A stretch of DNA of 64,000 bases from an uncultured Gammaproteobacteria bacterium (GTDB lineage Bacteria > Pseudomonadota > Gammaproteobacteria > DRLM01). Shown here piece by piece: positions 1 to 10,325 of this stretch. The stretch is taken from NCBI GenBank assembly GCA_963729605.1, contig CAVSNY010000007.1, forward strand, positions 960,001 through 1,024,000. Reading direction: 5' to 3'. The position numbers and the translations under genes were made by a program. Numbering within the stretch: the stretch's first letter is position 1; each line of letters begins with the position of its first letter. The notes under the pieces were generated by a model. That model did not search any database. It saw nothing but the letters and a program-made list of their open reading frames with translations, and was not told where the DNA came from.

Positions 1-405
1 AATACCCCGCTGGTGGAAGATATGCCGGTCAGCGGTAAAACCCCATCGCAGGTCGCGCGGGATGTGGAGCGGCAATTGGCGAAGTTCATCAAGGATCCGA
101 TCGTGACGGTCATGATGGGCGGTTTCGTCGGACCCTACAGCGAGCAGATTCGGGTAGTGGGCGAGGCGGCCCGGCCGCAAGCCTTGCCCTATCGTCAACG
201 CATGACCTTGCTGGATGTGATGATCTCCGTGGGCGGATTGACGCCGTTCGCCGCCGGCAACCGCGCCAGCATCGTGCGTTTCGTCGGAGGAGAACAGCGG
301 CAATTCAGCGTCCGCATTGAAGATCTGATCCGTGACGGAGATATTAGCGCTAATGTCGACATACTTCCGGGCGATACATTAATTATTCCGGAATCCTGGT
401 TCTAA
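1..405 (+). CDS. wza: XrtA/PEP-CTERM system polysaccharide export protein (Wza/OPX, SLBB domain), 5'-truncated by window edge
   Basis: Frame is open from base 1. Motifs GKTPSQVARD...DPIVTV, VRVVGEA..PQALPY, GGLTPFAAGNRA and PGDTLIIPESWF are typical of the TIGR03027-type exporter; first gene of the XrtA cluster. Confidence 0.9.
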   Translation, partial: NTPLVEDMPVSGKTPSQVARDVERQLAKFIKDPIVTVMMGGFVGPYSEQIRVVGEAARPQALPYRQRMTLLDVMISVGGLTPFAAGNRASIVRFVGGEQRQFSVRIEDLIRDGDISANVDILPGDTLIIPESWF

Positions 406-449
406 CGGGGCCGCCGGACCAGACAACCCGCCTCAAGGGATCATCGTCG

Positions 450-2030
450 ATGCAAGATGTTATTGCGCAAATTCTCCAGCACGTTCGCGCGACGTGGCGC
501 TATCGCTGGTACATGGTGCTGGTCGCCTGGCCGATCTGCGTGGCCGGCTGGATATTCGTGCAAAATCTGCCCGATCAATATCAGGCCTCCGCGCGGATGT
601 TTCTGGACACGAAATCCATCCTCAAGCCTTTATTAAAAGGGTTGACCGTGGACTCCAACGCCCAGTCCGAAGTCCAGTTGATGAACCGCACCATCCTGAG
701 CCGTCCCAATATGGAGAAGGTGGCGCGCATGACCGATCTGGATATCGGGGCGAAAACCCCGGAGCAGATGGATGCCTTGATCAATAGATTGATCTCCAGG
801 ATCAACATCCAAGATACCCGGCGGCAGGCGGGTTTGTTCCATATCACTTACGAGGACGAGAATCCTCAGGTGGCCAAACGGGTCGTCCAGGCCATCCTCA
901 CCATTTTCATGGAGAGCAGTCTCGGCGAAACCCGCAAGGATACCGATAGCGCCCAACGCTTTCTTGACGAGCAAATTAAGGAATACGAGGCGCGTTTGGT
1001 GGCGTCGGAAACCCGGCTTACGGAATTCAAGCGCGAAAACCTGGGGCGCATGCCCAGCCAAGGCCGCGATTATTATGAAAACCTCCAAATAGCGATCAGT
1101 GATTTGGAGCAGGCGCAGCTGCAATTGCAAGAAGCGGAAAACCGCCGGAAGGAATTGCAGCGTCAGATGGAGGACAATGAAACCCCCTTGTTCGGAATGG
1201 GGCCGGTTTCCGCGGCGAGCGGGACGCCGGTGTTGGACGCCCGTATCCAGAATTTGCAGGCGCGCCTGGATGAATTGCTGCTTAAATTCACCGAGCGGCA
1301 TCCCGATGTCCAGGCCGTCAAAACCACCATCGCGGATTTGGAAAAACAACGCGCCGAGGTGGTGGCGACCCAGGCGCAATCCGCAAGCGCGGCGCCCGCG
1401 GACGATGCGGTGATGAATAATCCCTTCCAGGCGCAAATGCGCTTGGCCTTGAGCGAGGCCGAAGCCAACGCCGCCTCTTTGAAGGCGCGGGTGAGCACCT
1501 ATCGCAAGCGGGTTGACGAATTCAAGAGACTGGTCAACATCATTCCCGAAGTTGAAGCGCAATTAAAACAATTGAATCGCGATTACGACGTTACCAAGAG
1601 CAATTACGAAACGCTGCTGGCGCGCCGCGAATCGGCCGCCATCTCCCAGCAATTGGATCAAAGCGCGGAAGTAGTGAAGTTTCGCGTGGTGGATCCGCCC
1701 TACGTGCCGGGTGCGCCGTCCGGTCCCAATCGGCCGTTATTGATTTCCGGTGTATTGTTGGGCGGTATCGCCGCCGGCATCGTCTTCGCGTTTTTCTTGG
1801 CGCAGTTGAATCCCACTTTTAACAGCCGCCGCACGCTGATGGAGGTGACGGGGCTGCCGGTGCTGGGCGGTGTCTCGATGATTTGGACGGCGGCGCAGAT
1901 TCGCAGGAAACGTTTCGAACTGCTTGGATTCTCGGCCTTGGTGGGAATCTTGGTGGCGCTTTATGGCGGCATCATGGCCGTCCAGATGCTGGATATCAAT
2001 ATCGTGTCCCAAATAAAAGCCCTAATCTAG
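450..2030 (+). CDS. Polysaccharide chain-length determinant / co-polymerase (Wzz/Wzc N-terminal, TIGR03007-type)
   Basis: N-terminal TM helix (WRYRWY), long periplasmic coiled coil, FRVVDPP.VP..PSGPNR motif, C-terminal TM helices. Confidence 0.9.
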   Translation: MQDVIAQILQHVRATWRYRWYMVLVAWPICVAGWIFVQNLPDQYQASARMFLDTKSILKPLLKGLTVDSNAQSEVQLMNRTILSRPNMEKVARMTDLDIGAKTPEQMDALINRLISRINIQDTRRQAGLFHITYEDENPQVAKRVVQAILTIFMESSLGETRKDTDSAQRFLDEQIKEYEARLVASETRLTEFKRENLGRMPSQGRDYYENLQIAISDLEQAQLQLQEAENRRKELQRQMEDNETPLFGMGPVSAASGTPVLDARIQNLQARLDELLLKFTERHPDVQAVKTTIADLEKQRAEVVATQAQSASAAPADDAVMNNPFQAQMRLALSEAEANAASLKARVSTYRKRVDEFKRLVNIIPEVEAQLKQLNRDYDVTKSNYETLLARRESAAISQQLDQSAEVVKFRVVDPPYVPGAPSGPNRPLLISGVLLGGIAAGIVFAFFLAQLNPTFNSRRTLMEVTGLPVLGGVSMIWTAAQIRRKRFELLGFSALVGILVALYGGIMAVQMLDINIVSQIKALI

Positions 2031-2044
2031 GTGAAGTTGCCGCT

Positions 2045-2977
2045 ATGAGTACTATAGAAAGGGCGATACAAAAACTGGGTCAATCCGCCAAAGGCCCCCA
2101 AGACGACTCGGTGTCGGAGACGCTCCCCCCCGTCGCCATCCCGGAAGCCGTCTCCGCGCCGCGAGTGAATGGGGACGTGGCGCCGCTCCCCGAGCTCGGC
2201 GTGGAGATACCCGGTGCGGATGAGCGCGACGGCGACGAGTCGGTATCGCGCATTCAGTTGGATTATGAGAACTTGAGCTCCCTGGGCATGGTGACGCCGG
2301 ACGGCGAGCGCAGTCAGGTGGCGGAGGAATACCGCCACATCAAGCGTCCCTTGTTGTTGAACGCCTTCGGCGAAGGGGCGCTGCCGAATAGTAATCGCAA
2401 TCTGATCATGGTGTGCAGCGCCCGGCCGCACGAAGGCAAGACCTTTACCGCCATCAACCTGGCGCTGAGCATCGCCCTGGAACGGGACCGCACGGTGTTG
2501 CTGGTGGACGCCGATGTGGCGAAACCCTCGGTGTCGCGGGTGTTGAATTTTCCCGGCACCGCCGGTCTGGTGGATTTTCTCGCCGATCCTCACCGCCGTC
2601 TCGCCGATTTGATCCTGCAAACCAATGTGCCCAAGCTGCGCATCTTGCCGGCGGGGCGCCGCCATAGCCATTCCACCGAGTTGTTGGGCAGCGACGGCAT
2701 GCAGGCCTTGGCGCAAGAACTTTCCGACCGTTATCCCGACCGGGTGGTGATTTTCGATTCGCCGCCCTTGCTGGCCACGAGTGAGGCCGCGGTGCTCGCC
2801 GGTTTGATGGGCCAAGTGGTCATGGTGGTGGAGGCGGAGAAGACCAAGCGTGAAGAATTGAAAGAGGCCTTGGCCTTGTTTAAGCCGGATCAATATATCG
2901 GTTTAGTGTTGAATAAGAGCGATCGTCCCTTTGGGGCGGAGTATTATTACGGATCTTACAGTTCATACGGCGAATAG
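2045..2977 (+). CDS. XrtA-associated protein-tyrosine autokinase (BY-kinase, TIGR03018-type)
   Basis: Start moved to ATG 2045 (MSTIERAIQKL). Walker A SARPHEGKT, A' LLVDAD, Walker B VIFDSPP, C-terminal Tyr cluster EYYYGSYSSYGE. Confidence 0.92.
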   Translation: MSTIERAIQKLGQSAKGPQDDSVSETLPPVAIPEAVSAPRVNGDVAPLPELGVEIPGADERDGDESVSRIQLDYENLSSLGMVTPDGERSQVAEEYRHIKRPLLLNAFGEGALPNSNRNLIMVCSARPHEGKTFTAINLALSIALERDRTVLLVDADVAKPSVSRVLNFPGTAGLVDFLADPHRRLADLILQTNVPKLRILPAGRRHSHSTELLGSDGMQALAQELSDRYPDRVVIFDSPPLLATSEAAVLAGLMGQVVMVVEAEKTKREELKEALALFKPDQYIGLVLNKSDRPFGAEYYYGSYSSYGE

Positions 2978-2983
2978 GCGGGG

Positions 2984-4537
2984 ATGATGCAGGGGGGCAC
3001 TTACAGCGGCGCGCGGCCGGCGTGGCGAGGGTATGCTTGGCGGGGCTTTCCGTTGGCGTTGGCCATGACGGTGGGTGGACAGGCCGCCAGCGCGGGCGAA
3101 TGGCGCCTCAACACCTATCTGGATTTCGCCGAGGTCTATACCGACAACGTCTCGCTGGCGCCGGCCGGCGCCGAGGAGGGCGAATTCATCACCCAGATCA
3201 GGCCCGGCGTCTCGCTGAACGGCCAAAGTGGCCGCGCCAAACTGGATTTGAACTACCGTTTGCAAAATTTGATTTATGGGCACGACGTCACCCGCAATAA
3301 TTCCAATCATCAGTTGCTCGCCAAGGGCAATCTCGAGGTCGCCAAGGAATGGCTTTTCGTCGACGCCAGAAGTTCCATCAGCCAACAAATCGTCGACGCC
3401 GACCGCAGCGTGCCGCTCGATAATTTCAACGTGGGCAATCGGGCCGACGTGATCACCTACGGCGTCAGTCCTTACCTCAAGTTGCGCCTCGGTTCTTATG
3501 TGGCCGGTGAAATGCGTTATGCGATAGACCGCGTGGAAAATCAAAGCAACGCGCTTTCCGATCTGGAAACCACGCAATACATGGCCAATTTGAATAACGG
3601 GCCGAGTTTTAACCGGCTCACGTGGGGGATGAAATTCAGCCGTAATGAAATGAACCGCGAGTCCGGGCCGGATTCCTTACGTGAGAATGGCGTCGCGGTC
3701 GCCCGCTATCGCGTTCACCAAACCTTCAATGCCTTGGCGCGCGGCGGTTATGAAAACAACGACCTAGTGACCACCCGCAGCATCGAAGACGGCAGTTATT
3801 GGAGCGTGGGCGGCGAATGGTTGCCCAGCCGCCATTTCACCCTGTCGGCCACCGCCGGCGAAAATAATTGGGATGCCGATGTCTACCTGCGGCCCACCGT
3901 GCGCACCCAATTGCACGTGGGTTATCAAGACCTCGAGGTGGGCCTCAATCCGGGCGGCGTCTGGACCGCCGATTTTACGCACCATACCCGGCGCAGTACC
4001 TGGCGGCTGGGTTATTTTGAAGAGAGCACCAGCACCCAGACCCTGCAGCTCACCGACCAGCAATTCTTTTTGATAGTCGATCCCAATGGAAATCTGGTCA
4101 TCGATCCGCGCACCGGTTTCCCGGTGGTGATCGTCAATAATATCTTCGCCCTGACCGATGAAGAATTCATTCGCCGGCGTTTTCAAGGCAGCGTTACCTG
4201 GAAAAGCGGCAAAAGTGATTTTGTGCTGGGTGCCTACAATGAGCAGCGTGAGTTCGAGATCAGCAATAATTCGGAAGATGCCCTCGGGGCCAACGCCTCC
4301 TGGATTTGGCGTTTGAAGCCGCGTACCCAATCCATCCTGGGCGGCGGTTGGCAGCATCGTAATCCGGCCGGCACCCATGAAGCGGACCAGACGTGGTATG
4401 CCTCATTGGGATTTAATCGCACCATCTCCCAGGATGTGAATTCCTCTTTGGAATTCCGTCACACCGAGCGGGACGGCGCCAGCGGCAACGATTACAACGA
4501 AAACCGGCTGACCTTACAGTTGAATATGCGTTTTTAA
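2984..4537 (+). CDS. PEP-CTERM system-associated outer-membrane beta-barrel protein (TIGR03016-type)
   Basis: Signal peptide, EVYTDNV near the mature N-terminus, alternating beta-strand pattern, C-terminal YNENR...MRF barrel signature; position in the XrtA operon. Confidence 0.85.
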   Translation: MMQGGTYSGARPAWRGYAWRGFPLALAMTVGGQAASAGEWRLNTYLDFAEVYTDNVSLAPAGAEEGEFITQIRPGVSLNGQSGRAKLDLNYRLQNLIYGHDVTRNNSNHQLLAKGNLEVAKEWLFVDARSSISQQIVDADRSVPLDNFNVGNRADVITYGVSPYLKLRLGSYVAGEMRYAIDRVENQSNALSDLETTQYMANLNNGPSFNRLTWGMKFSRNEMNRESGPDSLRENGVAVARYRVHQTFNALARGGYENNDLVTTRSIEDGSYWSVGGEWLPSRHFTLSATAGENNWDADVYLRPTVRTQLHVGYQDLEVGLNPGGVWTADFTHHTRRSTWRLGYFEESTSTQTLQLTDQQFFLIVDPNGNLVIDPRTGFPVVIVNNIFALTDEEFIRRRFQGSVTWKSGKSDFVLGAYNEQREFEISNNSEDALGANASWIWRLKPRTQSILGGGWQHRNPAGTHEADQTWYASLGFNRTISQDVNSSLEFRHTERDGASGNDYNENRLTLQLNMRF

Positions 4538-4548
4538 GGAAATCGCCC

Positions 4549-5745
4549 ATGTATGAAGCGTTTTATCAATTAAAAGCCCGCCCGTTCCAGCTCAGCCCCG
4601 ATCCGAGGTTTTTTTACGGCAGCCCCGGCCACAAGCGCGCCATGTCGTATCTGCGTTATGGCTTGACGCAGGGCGAGGGATTTATCGTGATCACCGGCGA
4701 GATCGGTACCGGCAAGACCATGCTGGTACGGACTTTGTTCGCCGACCTCGCGAAGGAAAACGTGGTGGCGGCGCAGCTGGTCACCACCCAGCTGGAGGCC
4801 GACGATACCCTGCGCATGGTCGCCGCCAGTTTCGGCCTCGCCCACGAGGGGTTGGAGAAGGCCACCATTCTCAAGAATCTCGAGACCTTCATGATGGCGC
4901 GTGCCCGTGAAGGCAAGCGCGTGCTGCTGCTGGTGGACGAGGCGCAGAACCTGCCGCCGCGGTCCCTGGAGGAATTGCGCATGTTGTCCAATTTCCAGTT
5001 GGGCGGCCGGGTGTTGTTCCAAAGTTTCCTGCTCGGCCAGGCGGAATTCCGCAACACGCTGCAGGCCAAGAGTCTGGAACAGCTGCGGCAGCGGGTGATC
5101 GCGGCCTATCATCTCGAACCGCTGGACGCCGCCCAGACCCGCGCCTACATCGAGCACCGTCTCAATACCGTGGGCTGGAAGGGCGACCCCAAGTTCGCCG
5201 ACGAATCCTATGCGGTGATCCATCAGCATTCCGGCGGCATTCCGCGGCGTATCAACACCCTCTGTGATCGCCTGATGCTGTTCGGCTGCCTGGAAGAAAT
5301 CCACGACTTCCCCGCCGAGCGGGTCAACACGGTGATCGCCGAATTGCAGAACGAGAGCGCCGGCAAACCGGCCGGGTCCGCCGAAGAAGAGTCGGCGGAA
5401 CAGCCCGTGGTGAAAGCGCCGCCCGCCGTGGCCGACGCGCCGGCCGCGTCCGCCACGCCGGCGCCCGCCGCGGCCAAGACGCCGCCGCCGGCCGCCACCG
5501 GCGCCGCGCCGTTGAAGGGCGTGCCGCGCCCGGCTGCCGCGGCGCCCGCCGCCGCGTCCAAACCCGCAACGGCGAAACCCGCCACCGCCGCCGCGCCGAA
5601 TGAAGCGCCGGCCGCCGCGGCCGACATGGAAACCCGCGTCGCCATTTTGGAGAAACGGGTCGCGCTCCTGGAAGAAGGGCTCAAACGCGAACGGGCTCGT
5701 CTGCGCCGGGCCATATTGCTCAGCGACGAGTTCGGAGGCGTTTGA
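4549..5745 (+). CDS. XrtA/PEP-CTERM-associated ExeA-like AAA ATPase (TIGR03015-type) with Ala/Pro-rich linker and C-terminal coiled coil
   Basis: MYEAFYQL...PFQLSPDPRFF, Walker A GEIGTGKT, Walker B LLVDEAQNL, SGGIPRRIN. Confidence 0.92.
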   Translation: MYEAFYQLKARPFQLSPDPRFFYGSPGHKRAMSYLRYGLTQGEGFIVITGEIGTGKTMLVRTLFADLAKENVVAAQLVTTQLEADDTLRMVAASFGLAHEGLEKATILKNLETFMMARAREGKRVLLLVDEAQNLPPRSLEELRMLSNFQLGGRVLFQSFLLGQAEFRNTLQAKSLEQLRQRVIAAYHLEPLDAAQTRAYIEHRLNTVGWKGDPKFADESYAVIHQHSGGIPRRINTLCDRLMLFGCLEEIHDFPAERVNTVIAELQNESAGKPAGSAEEESAEQPVVKAPPAVADAPAASATPAPAAAKTPPPAATGAAPLKGVPRPAAAAPAAASKPATAKPATAAAPNEAPAAAADMETRVAILEKRVALLEEGLKRERARLRRAILLSDEFGGV

Positions 5746-6918
5746 TGAACTCGGCGCCGCCCACCGTGTTGTGCGTGGTTGGGGCGCGCCCCAATTTCAT
5801 GAAGATCGCGCCGGTGATCGCGGCCCTGCGCGCCGCGCCGTTCAATCTGCGCGCCCGCCTGCTTGCACACCGGCCAGCACTACGACGTGGCCATGAACGA
5901 GCGGTTTTTCGAACAGCTCGGCATCCCCAATCCCGATATCAATCTCGAGGTCGGTTCGCTCAGCCACGCCGCGCAGACCGCGGAGATCATGCGCCGTTTC
6001 GAGCCGGTGCTGGATGAGGAAAAGCCCGCGGCCCTGCTGGTGGTGGGCGACGTGAATTCCACCATCGCCTGCGCGCTGGTCGCGGCGAAGAAAGGCGTGC
6101 CGGTCGCCCACGTCGAGGCCGGTTTGCGCAGCTTCGATCGCGCCATGCCCGAGGAAGTGAACCGGGTGCTCACCGATCAATTGTCGGAATGGTTGTTCAC
6201 CACCGAGCGCGAGGCCCGCGACAATCTGCTGCGCGAAGGCATCGCCGACGACAGGATCCACTTCGTCGGCAACGTGATGATCGACACCCTGCTCGGTCAT
6301 CGTGCCCGCGCGGTGCCGGCGGCGGAGACCTTGGCGGCGGCCGGCGTCGACCCCGGCCTGTTTCTCGACGCGCCGCAGGGTTTCGGTGTGTTGACCCTGC
6401 ACCGGCCGTCGAATGTCGATGATCCCGCCGTGCTCCAGCGTCTGCTCGTCAGCGCGCAAAAAATCAGCGCGCAACTGCCTTTGGTATTTCCGGCCCATCC
6501 GCGCACCCTCGGCCGGATCGAGGCGGCGGGTCTGCGGGACATGTTGAGCGGACCGCGCATCTGCTGTCTGCCGCCGGTGGGTTATCTGGAAATGCTGGGA
6601 CTGATGTCGGCGGCGCGGCTGGTGTTGACCGATTCCGGCGGCATGCAGGAAGAGACCACCGCCCTCGGCGTGCCCTGCATCACCTTGCGCGAGAACACCG
6701 AACGGCCCATCACCGTGACCCACGGCACCAATACCATCGTCGGCACGGACAGCGCGCGCATCGAAAAGGCGGTGGCGGAGGTGCTCAGCGGCGGCGGCAA
6801 GGCCGGCCGGCAGCCGGAATTGTGGGACGGCCGCGCCGCGCAGCGTATCGCCGCGATTCTGCACGCCAGTTTGGTTCCGGGCGCATCGGCCGCGCGCGCG
6901 GCGGCGCAATCTCGGTAA
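5745..6918 (+). CDS. wecB: UDP-N-acetylglucosamine 2-epimerase (non-hydrolysing), one frameshift near 5862
   Basis: VVGARPNFMKIAP in ORF 5742 continues as HTGQHYD, VVGDVNST, HVEAGLRS, TDSGGMQEE, RENTERP in ORF 5863. Confidence 0.9.
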
Positions 6919-7028
6919 TCCGGCGGAATCATCCCGCTGTTGGCGCGGTCGATTAGGATGCGGCGGGTCCGGGCCGATATAACCAGCGTCACCTTTCCGG
7001 CCATGATTTGAACCGCGGTAACAACAGC

Positions 7029-7899
7029 ATGATAAGCAACGCAATGACCGTGGACGTGGAAGACTATCTTCACGTCTCCGCCTTCGAAAAACACATACGC
7101 CGCGAGGACTGGGATCACTTGCCCTGCCGGGTCGAGCGCAACACCGAGCGCATCCTGGATATCTTCGCCGAACGGCGGGTGCGGGCCACTTTCTTCATGC
7201 TGGGCTGGGTCGCCGAACGTTATCCCGGCGTGGTGCGCCGCCTGGTGGCCGAGGGGCATGAACTGGCCAGCCACGGCTATTCCCACGTGCGGGTCACCGA
7301 GCAGACCCCGCAATGAATTCCGCGAGGATGTGATCCGCAATAAAAAATTACTGGAAGATTTGGCCGGCGCCAGCGTTACGGGTTATCGCGCCGCCAGTTA
7401 TTCCATCGGCGAGAAAAATTTATGGGCGCTGGACGTCCTGCAGGAAACCGGGCACCGCTACAGCTCCAGCATTTATCCGATCCGCCATGATTTATACGGC
7501 ATGCCCAACGCGCCGCGTTTTCCTTTCTTTCCCAACGGCGCGGGCGGCTTGCTGGAGATACCGGTCACCACCGTCGAGGTGTTCAAGCAGAAGTTGCCGT
7601 GCGGCGGCGGCGGTTATTTTCGTTTATTGCCTTATCCGGTCTCGCGCTGGGCGATGCGGCGGGTGAACGAACGAGACGGCAAACCCTGCATCTTTTATTT
7701 CCATCCCTGGGAGATCGATCCCGACCAACCGCGCCAGCAAGGCATCGGACTCAAGACCCGCGTCCGTCATTATCTCAATCTCGCCCGCACCGAAGACCGG
7801 CTGCGCCGTTTGATGGGCGACTTTGAGTGGGACCGGATGGATAGGATATTTTTAGACGGACAGGCGTCCGGCTCACAGGCTCACCCCCCTCGTGCTTAA
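7029..7899 (+). CDS. XrtA system polysaccharide deacetylase (CE4 + DUF3473, TIGR03006-type), one frameshift near 7310
   Basis: NAMTVDVEDY, ATFFMLGWVAERYP, HELASHGYSH, then GYRAASYS, GGGGYFRLLPY, FYFHPWEIDPDQPR in the next frame. Confidence 0.9.
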
Positions 7900-8948
7900 T
7901 CCATCTCACGCCGGCGCGCCGGAAATCAAGCTGCTCACCGCCGCCGACGCGGGCCGCTGGGACGCCTTCGTCGCCGCGTGCGCCGCAGGCCACTTTTTAT
8001 CACCGGGCCGGCTGGGCCGAGGTGATCCGGCGCGCCTTCGGCCATCGCACCTATTTTTTATACGCGGAGACGCGACGGCGTGATCGAAGGCATCCTGCCG
8101 CTGGCGCGCATCCGCAGTTTTTTGTTCGGCGATTCTTTAAGCTCGCTGCCGTTTTGCGTGAGCGGCGGCGTGGTCGCCGCCAATCCCGCGGCGGAAGCCG
8201 CGCTGGAAGCGCGGGCGATCGCCCTGGCGCGCGAGCTGCAAGTCGATCACCTGGAATTCCGCAATCTCGCGCCGCGCCATCTGGATTGGCCGCGCAAGGA
8301 CCAGCTCTACGTGAATTTCCGTAAGGAGCTCGATCCCGATCCCGAGAAGAATATGCTGGCCATTCCGCGCAAACAGCGGGCGATGGTGCGCAAGGGCATC
8401 GAGGCCGGTTTGCTCGGCGAGATCGATCGGGACGTCGCGCGGTTTTATCCCGCCTATTCCGAGAGCGTGCGCAACCTGGGCACGCCGGTTTTCTCGAAAA
8501 AATATTTCGAGATATTGCGCGAGGTGTTCGGTCCCGACTGCGAAGTGCTCACCATCACCCAGAACGGCCGTTTGATCGCCAGCGTGCTGAGTTTTTATTT
8601 TCGCGACCAAGTCTTGCCTTATTACGGCGGCGGCACGGCGGCGGCGCGCGAGGTGAAGGGCAACGACTTCATGTATTGGGAATTGATGCGCCGCGCGACG
8701 CGAGCGCGGGGTGCGGATCTTCGATTACGGCCGCAGCAAGCGCGATACCGGCGCCTACAGCTTCAAGAAAAACTGGGGCTTCGAACCCGAGCCGCTGCAC
8801 TACGAATACGTACTGGTGCAAGGCCGCGGCGGTGCCGGACGTCAACCCGCTCAATCCCAAATATGAACGTTTCGTGAAACTGTGGAAACGCCTGCCGCTG
8901 GGCGTGGCGCAGGCAGTGGGCCCGCACCTGGTGAAATATTTGGGCTGA
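7892..8948 (+). CDS. FemAB/GNAT-family XrtA-associated protein (TIGR03019-type), several frameshifts (~7985, ~8075, ~8700, ~8820)
   Basis: Pieces across frames: WDAFV, GILPLARIRSFLFG...SLPF, IPRKQRAMVRKG, YSESVRNLGTPVF, VLPYYGGG, NDFMYWELM, FDYGRSK, NPLNPKY...WKRLPL. Confidence 0.85.
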
Positions 8949-8952
8949 TGGC

Positions 8953-10251
8953 ATGGACGATTTATTGTTGCTCGTGCATCGCATCCCCTATCCCCCCAAC
9001 AAGGGGGACAAGCTGCGCTCGTTCAATCTGCTCAAGCAATTGAGCCGGCGTTATCGCGTCCATCTCGGGACATTCATCGACGACGAGCGGGATTGGCAAT
9101 ACGTGGACGACGTGCGCGCCCTGTGCGGCGGCGAAACCCATTTCGCCCGGCTGTCGCCGCGCGCGGCGAAGTTGCGCGGCCTGCCTTCGCTGTTATCGTC
9201 GCGGCCCTTGAGTCTGGCGTATTATCGCGACCGCGGCCTGCGGCGCTGGGTGCGGCGCGTGCTGCGCGAGCAACCGATCCGGCGGGTCTTGGTGTTTTCC
9301 GGCCCGATGGCCCAGTATGTGGATAATAAAGACGCGGCGGCCCTGCGCCGGGTGATGGATTTCGTCGATGTGGATTCGGACAAATGGCGGCAATACGCCG
9401 CGTCCCAGTCCTGGCCGATGAGTTGGGTGTATCGCCGCGAGGCGCGGACCTTGCTGCCTTATGAGCGGCGCATCGCCGCGGCCTTCGATGCCAGCGCCTT
9501 CGTTTCGGCCCGCGAGGCGGAGTTGTTCACCTCGTTGGCGCCGGAGACGGCGGGGCGGGTATGGGGTATTCGCAATGGCGTCGATAGCGGCTATTTCGAC
9601 CCGGCCTTGCCGAGTCCGGCGCCTTATCCTTTGCACGACCGGCCCATCGTCTTCACCGGCGCCATGGATTACTGGGCCAACGTGGACGCGGTGATCTGGT
9701 TCGCCAAGCAGGTGTTGCCGGCGGTGCGCGCGCGAAACGAGGATGCGCGTTTTTATATCGTCGGCGCGCGGCCGACGCCGGAAGTCAACGAATTGAAACG
9801 GCTGCCGGGCGTGGTGGTGGTGGGCGCGGTGGAGGATATCCGGCCGTATATCGCCCACGCGGTGGTGGCGGTCGCCCCGCTGCGGATCGCCCGCGGCGTG
9901 CAGAACAAGGTGCTGGAGGCCATGGCCATGGCCAGGCCGGTGGTCGCCAGTCCACAAGCCTTGGACGGCATCGTCTGCGACGTCGGACGCGAGGTGTTGA
10001 TGGCGAAGGGCGCGGCGGACTTCGCGGCGCAGGTCGCGGCGCTGATCGAGCGCGACGGCGATCCGGTTTTGGCGCGCGCCGCCCGCGAACGGGTGCTGGC
10101 CGATTACAACTGGGAAACGAATCTCCGCCGGTTCGAACGTCTATTGGAGGGCGCGCCATTGGATGACGATATGAAGGATGGGCGGCCGGCCATGGCGGGC
10201 TTGGCGAGGACGGGTGAGTCGTCCCGTCCCGTCCCTGAAACGTCGGAGTGA
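8953..10251 (+). CDS. PEP-CTERM/XrtA system GT4 glycosyltransferase (TIGR03087-type)
   Basis: HRIPYPPNKGDKLRS, DFVDVDSDKWRQYA, FTGAMDYWANVDAV, PLRIARGVQNKVLEAMAM. Confidence 0.92.
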   Translation: MDDLLLLVHRIPYPPNKGDKLRSFNLLKQLSRRYRVHLGTFIDDERDWQYVDDVRALCGGETHFARLSPRAAKLRGLPSLLSSRPLSLAYYRDRGLRRWVRRVLREQPIRRVLVFSGPMAQYVDNKDAAALRRVMDFVDVDSDKWRQYAASQSWPMSWVYRREARTLLPYERRIAAAFDASAFVSAREAELFTSLAPETAGRVWGIRNGVDSGYFDPALPSPAPYPLHDRPIVFTGAMDYWANVDAVIWFAKQVLPAVRARNEDARFYIVGARPTPEVNELKRLPGVVVVGAVEDIRPYIAHAVVAVAPLRIARGVQNKVLEAMAMARPVVASPQALDGIVCDVGREVLMAKGAADFAAQVAALIERDGDPVLARAARERVLADYNWETNLRRFERLLEGAPLDDDMKDGRPAMAGLARTGESSRPVPETSE

Positions 10252-10325
10252 AATATGCCCGTCTTCCATTCCTGTGGTGAACGGATGAATGAACTGAACG
10301 GTTCAACCCTATTTAAAGAGGCGAT

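Noticed and set aside
5855-8830. Programmed frameshifting or phase variation in wecB/deacetylase/femAB
   Set aside because: No long homopolymer or SSR tracts or slippery sites at the junctions, and similar indels hit modC and pstCA; error is more parsimonious.
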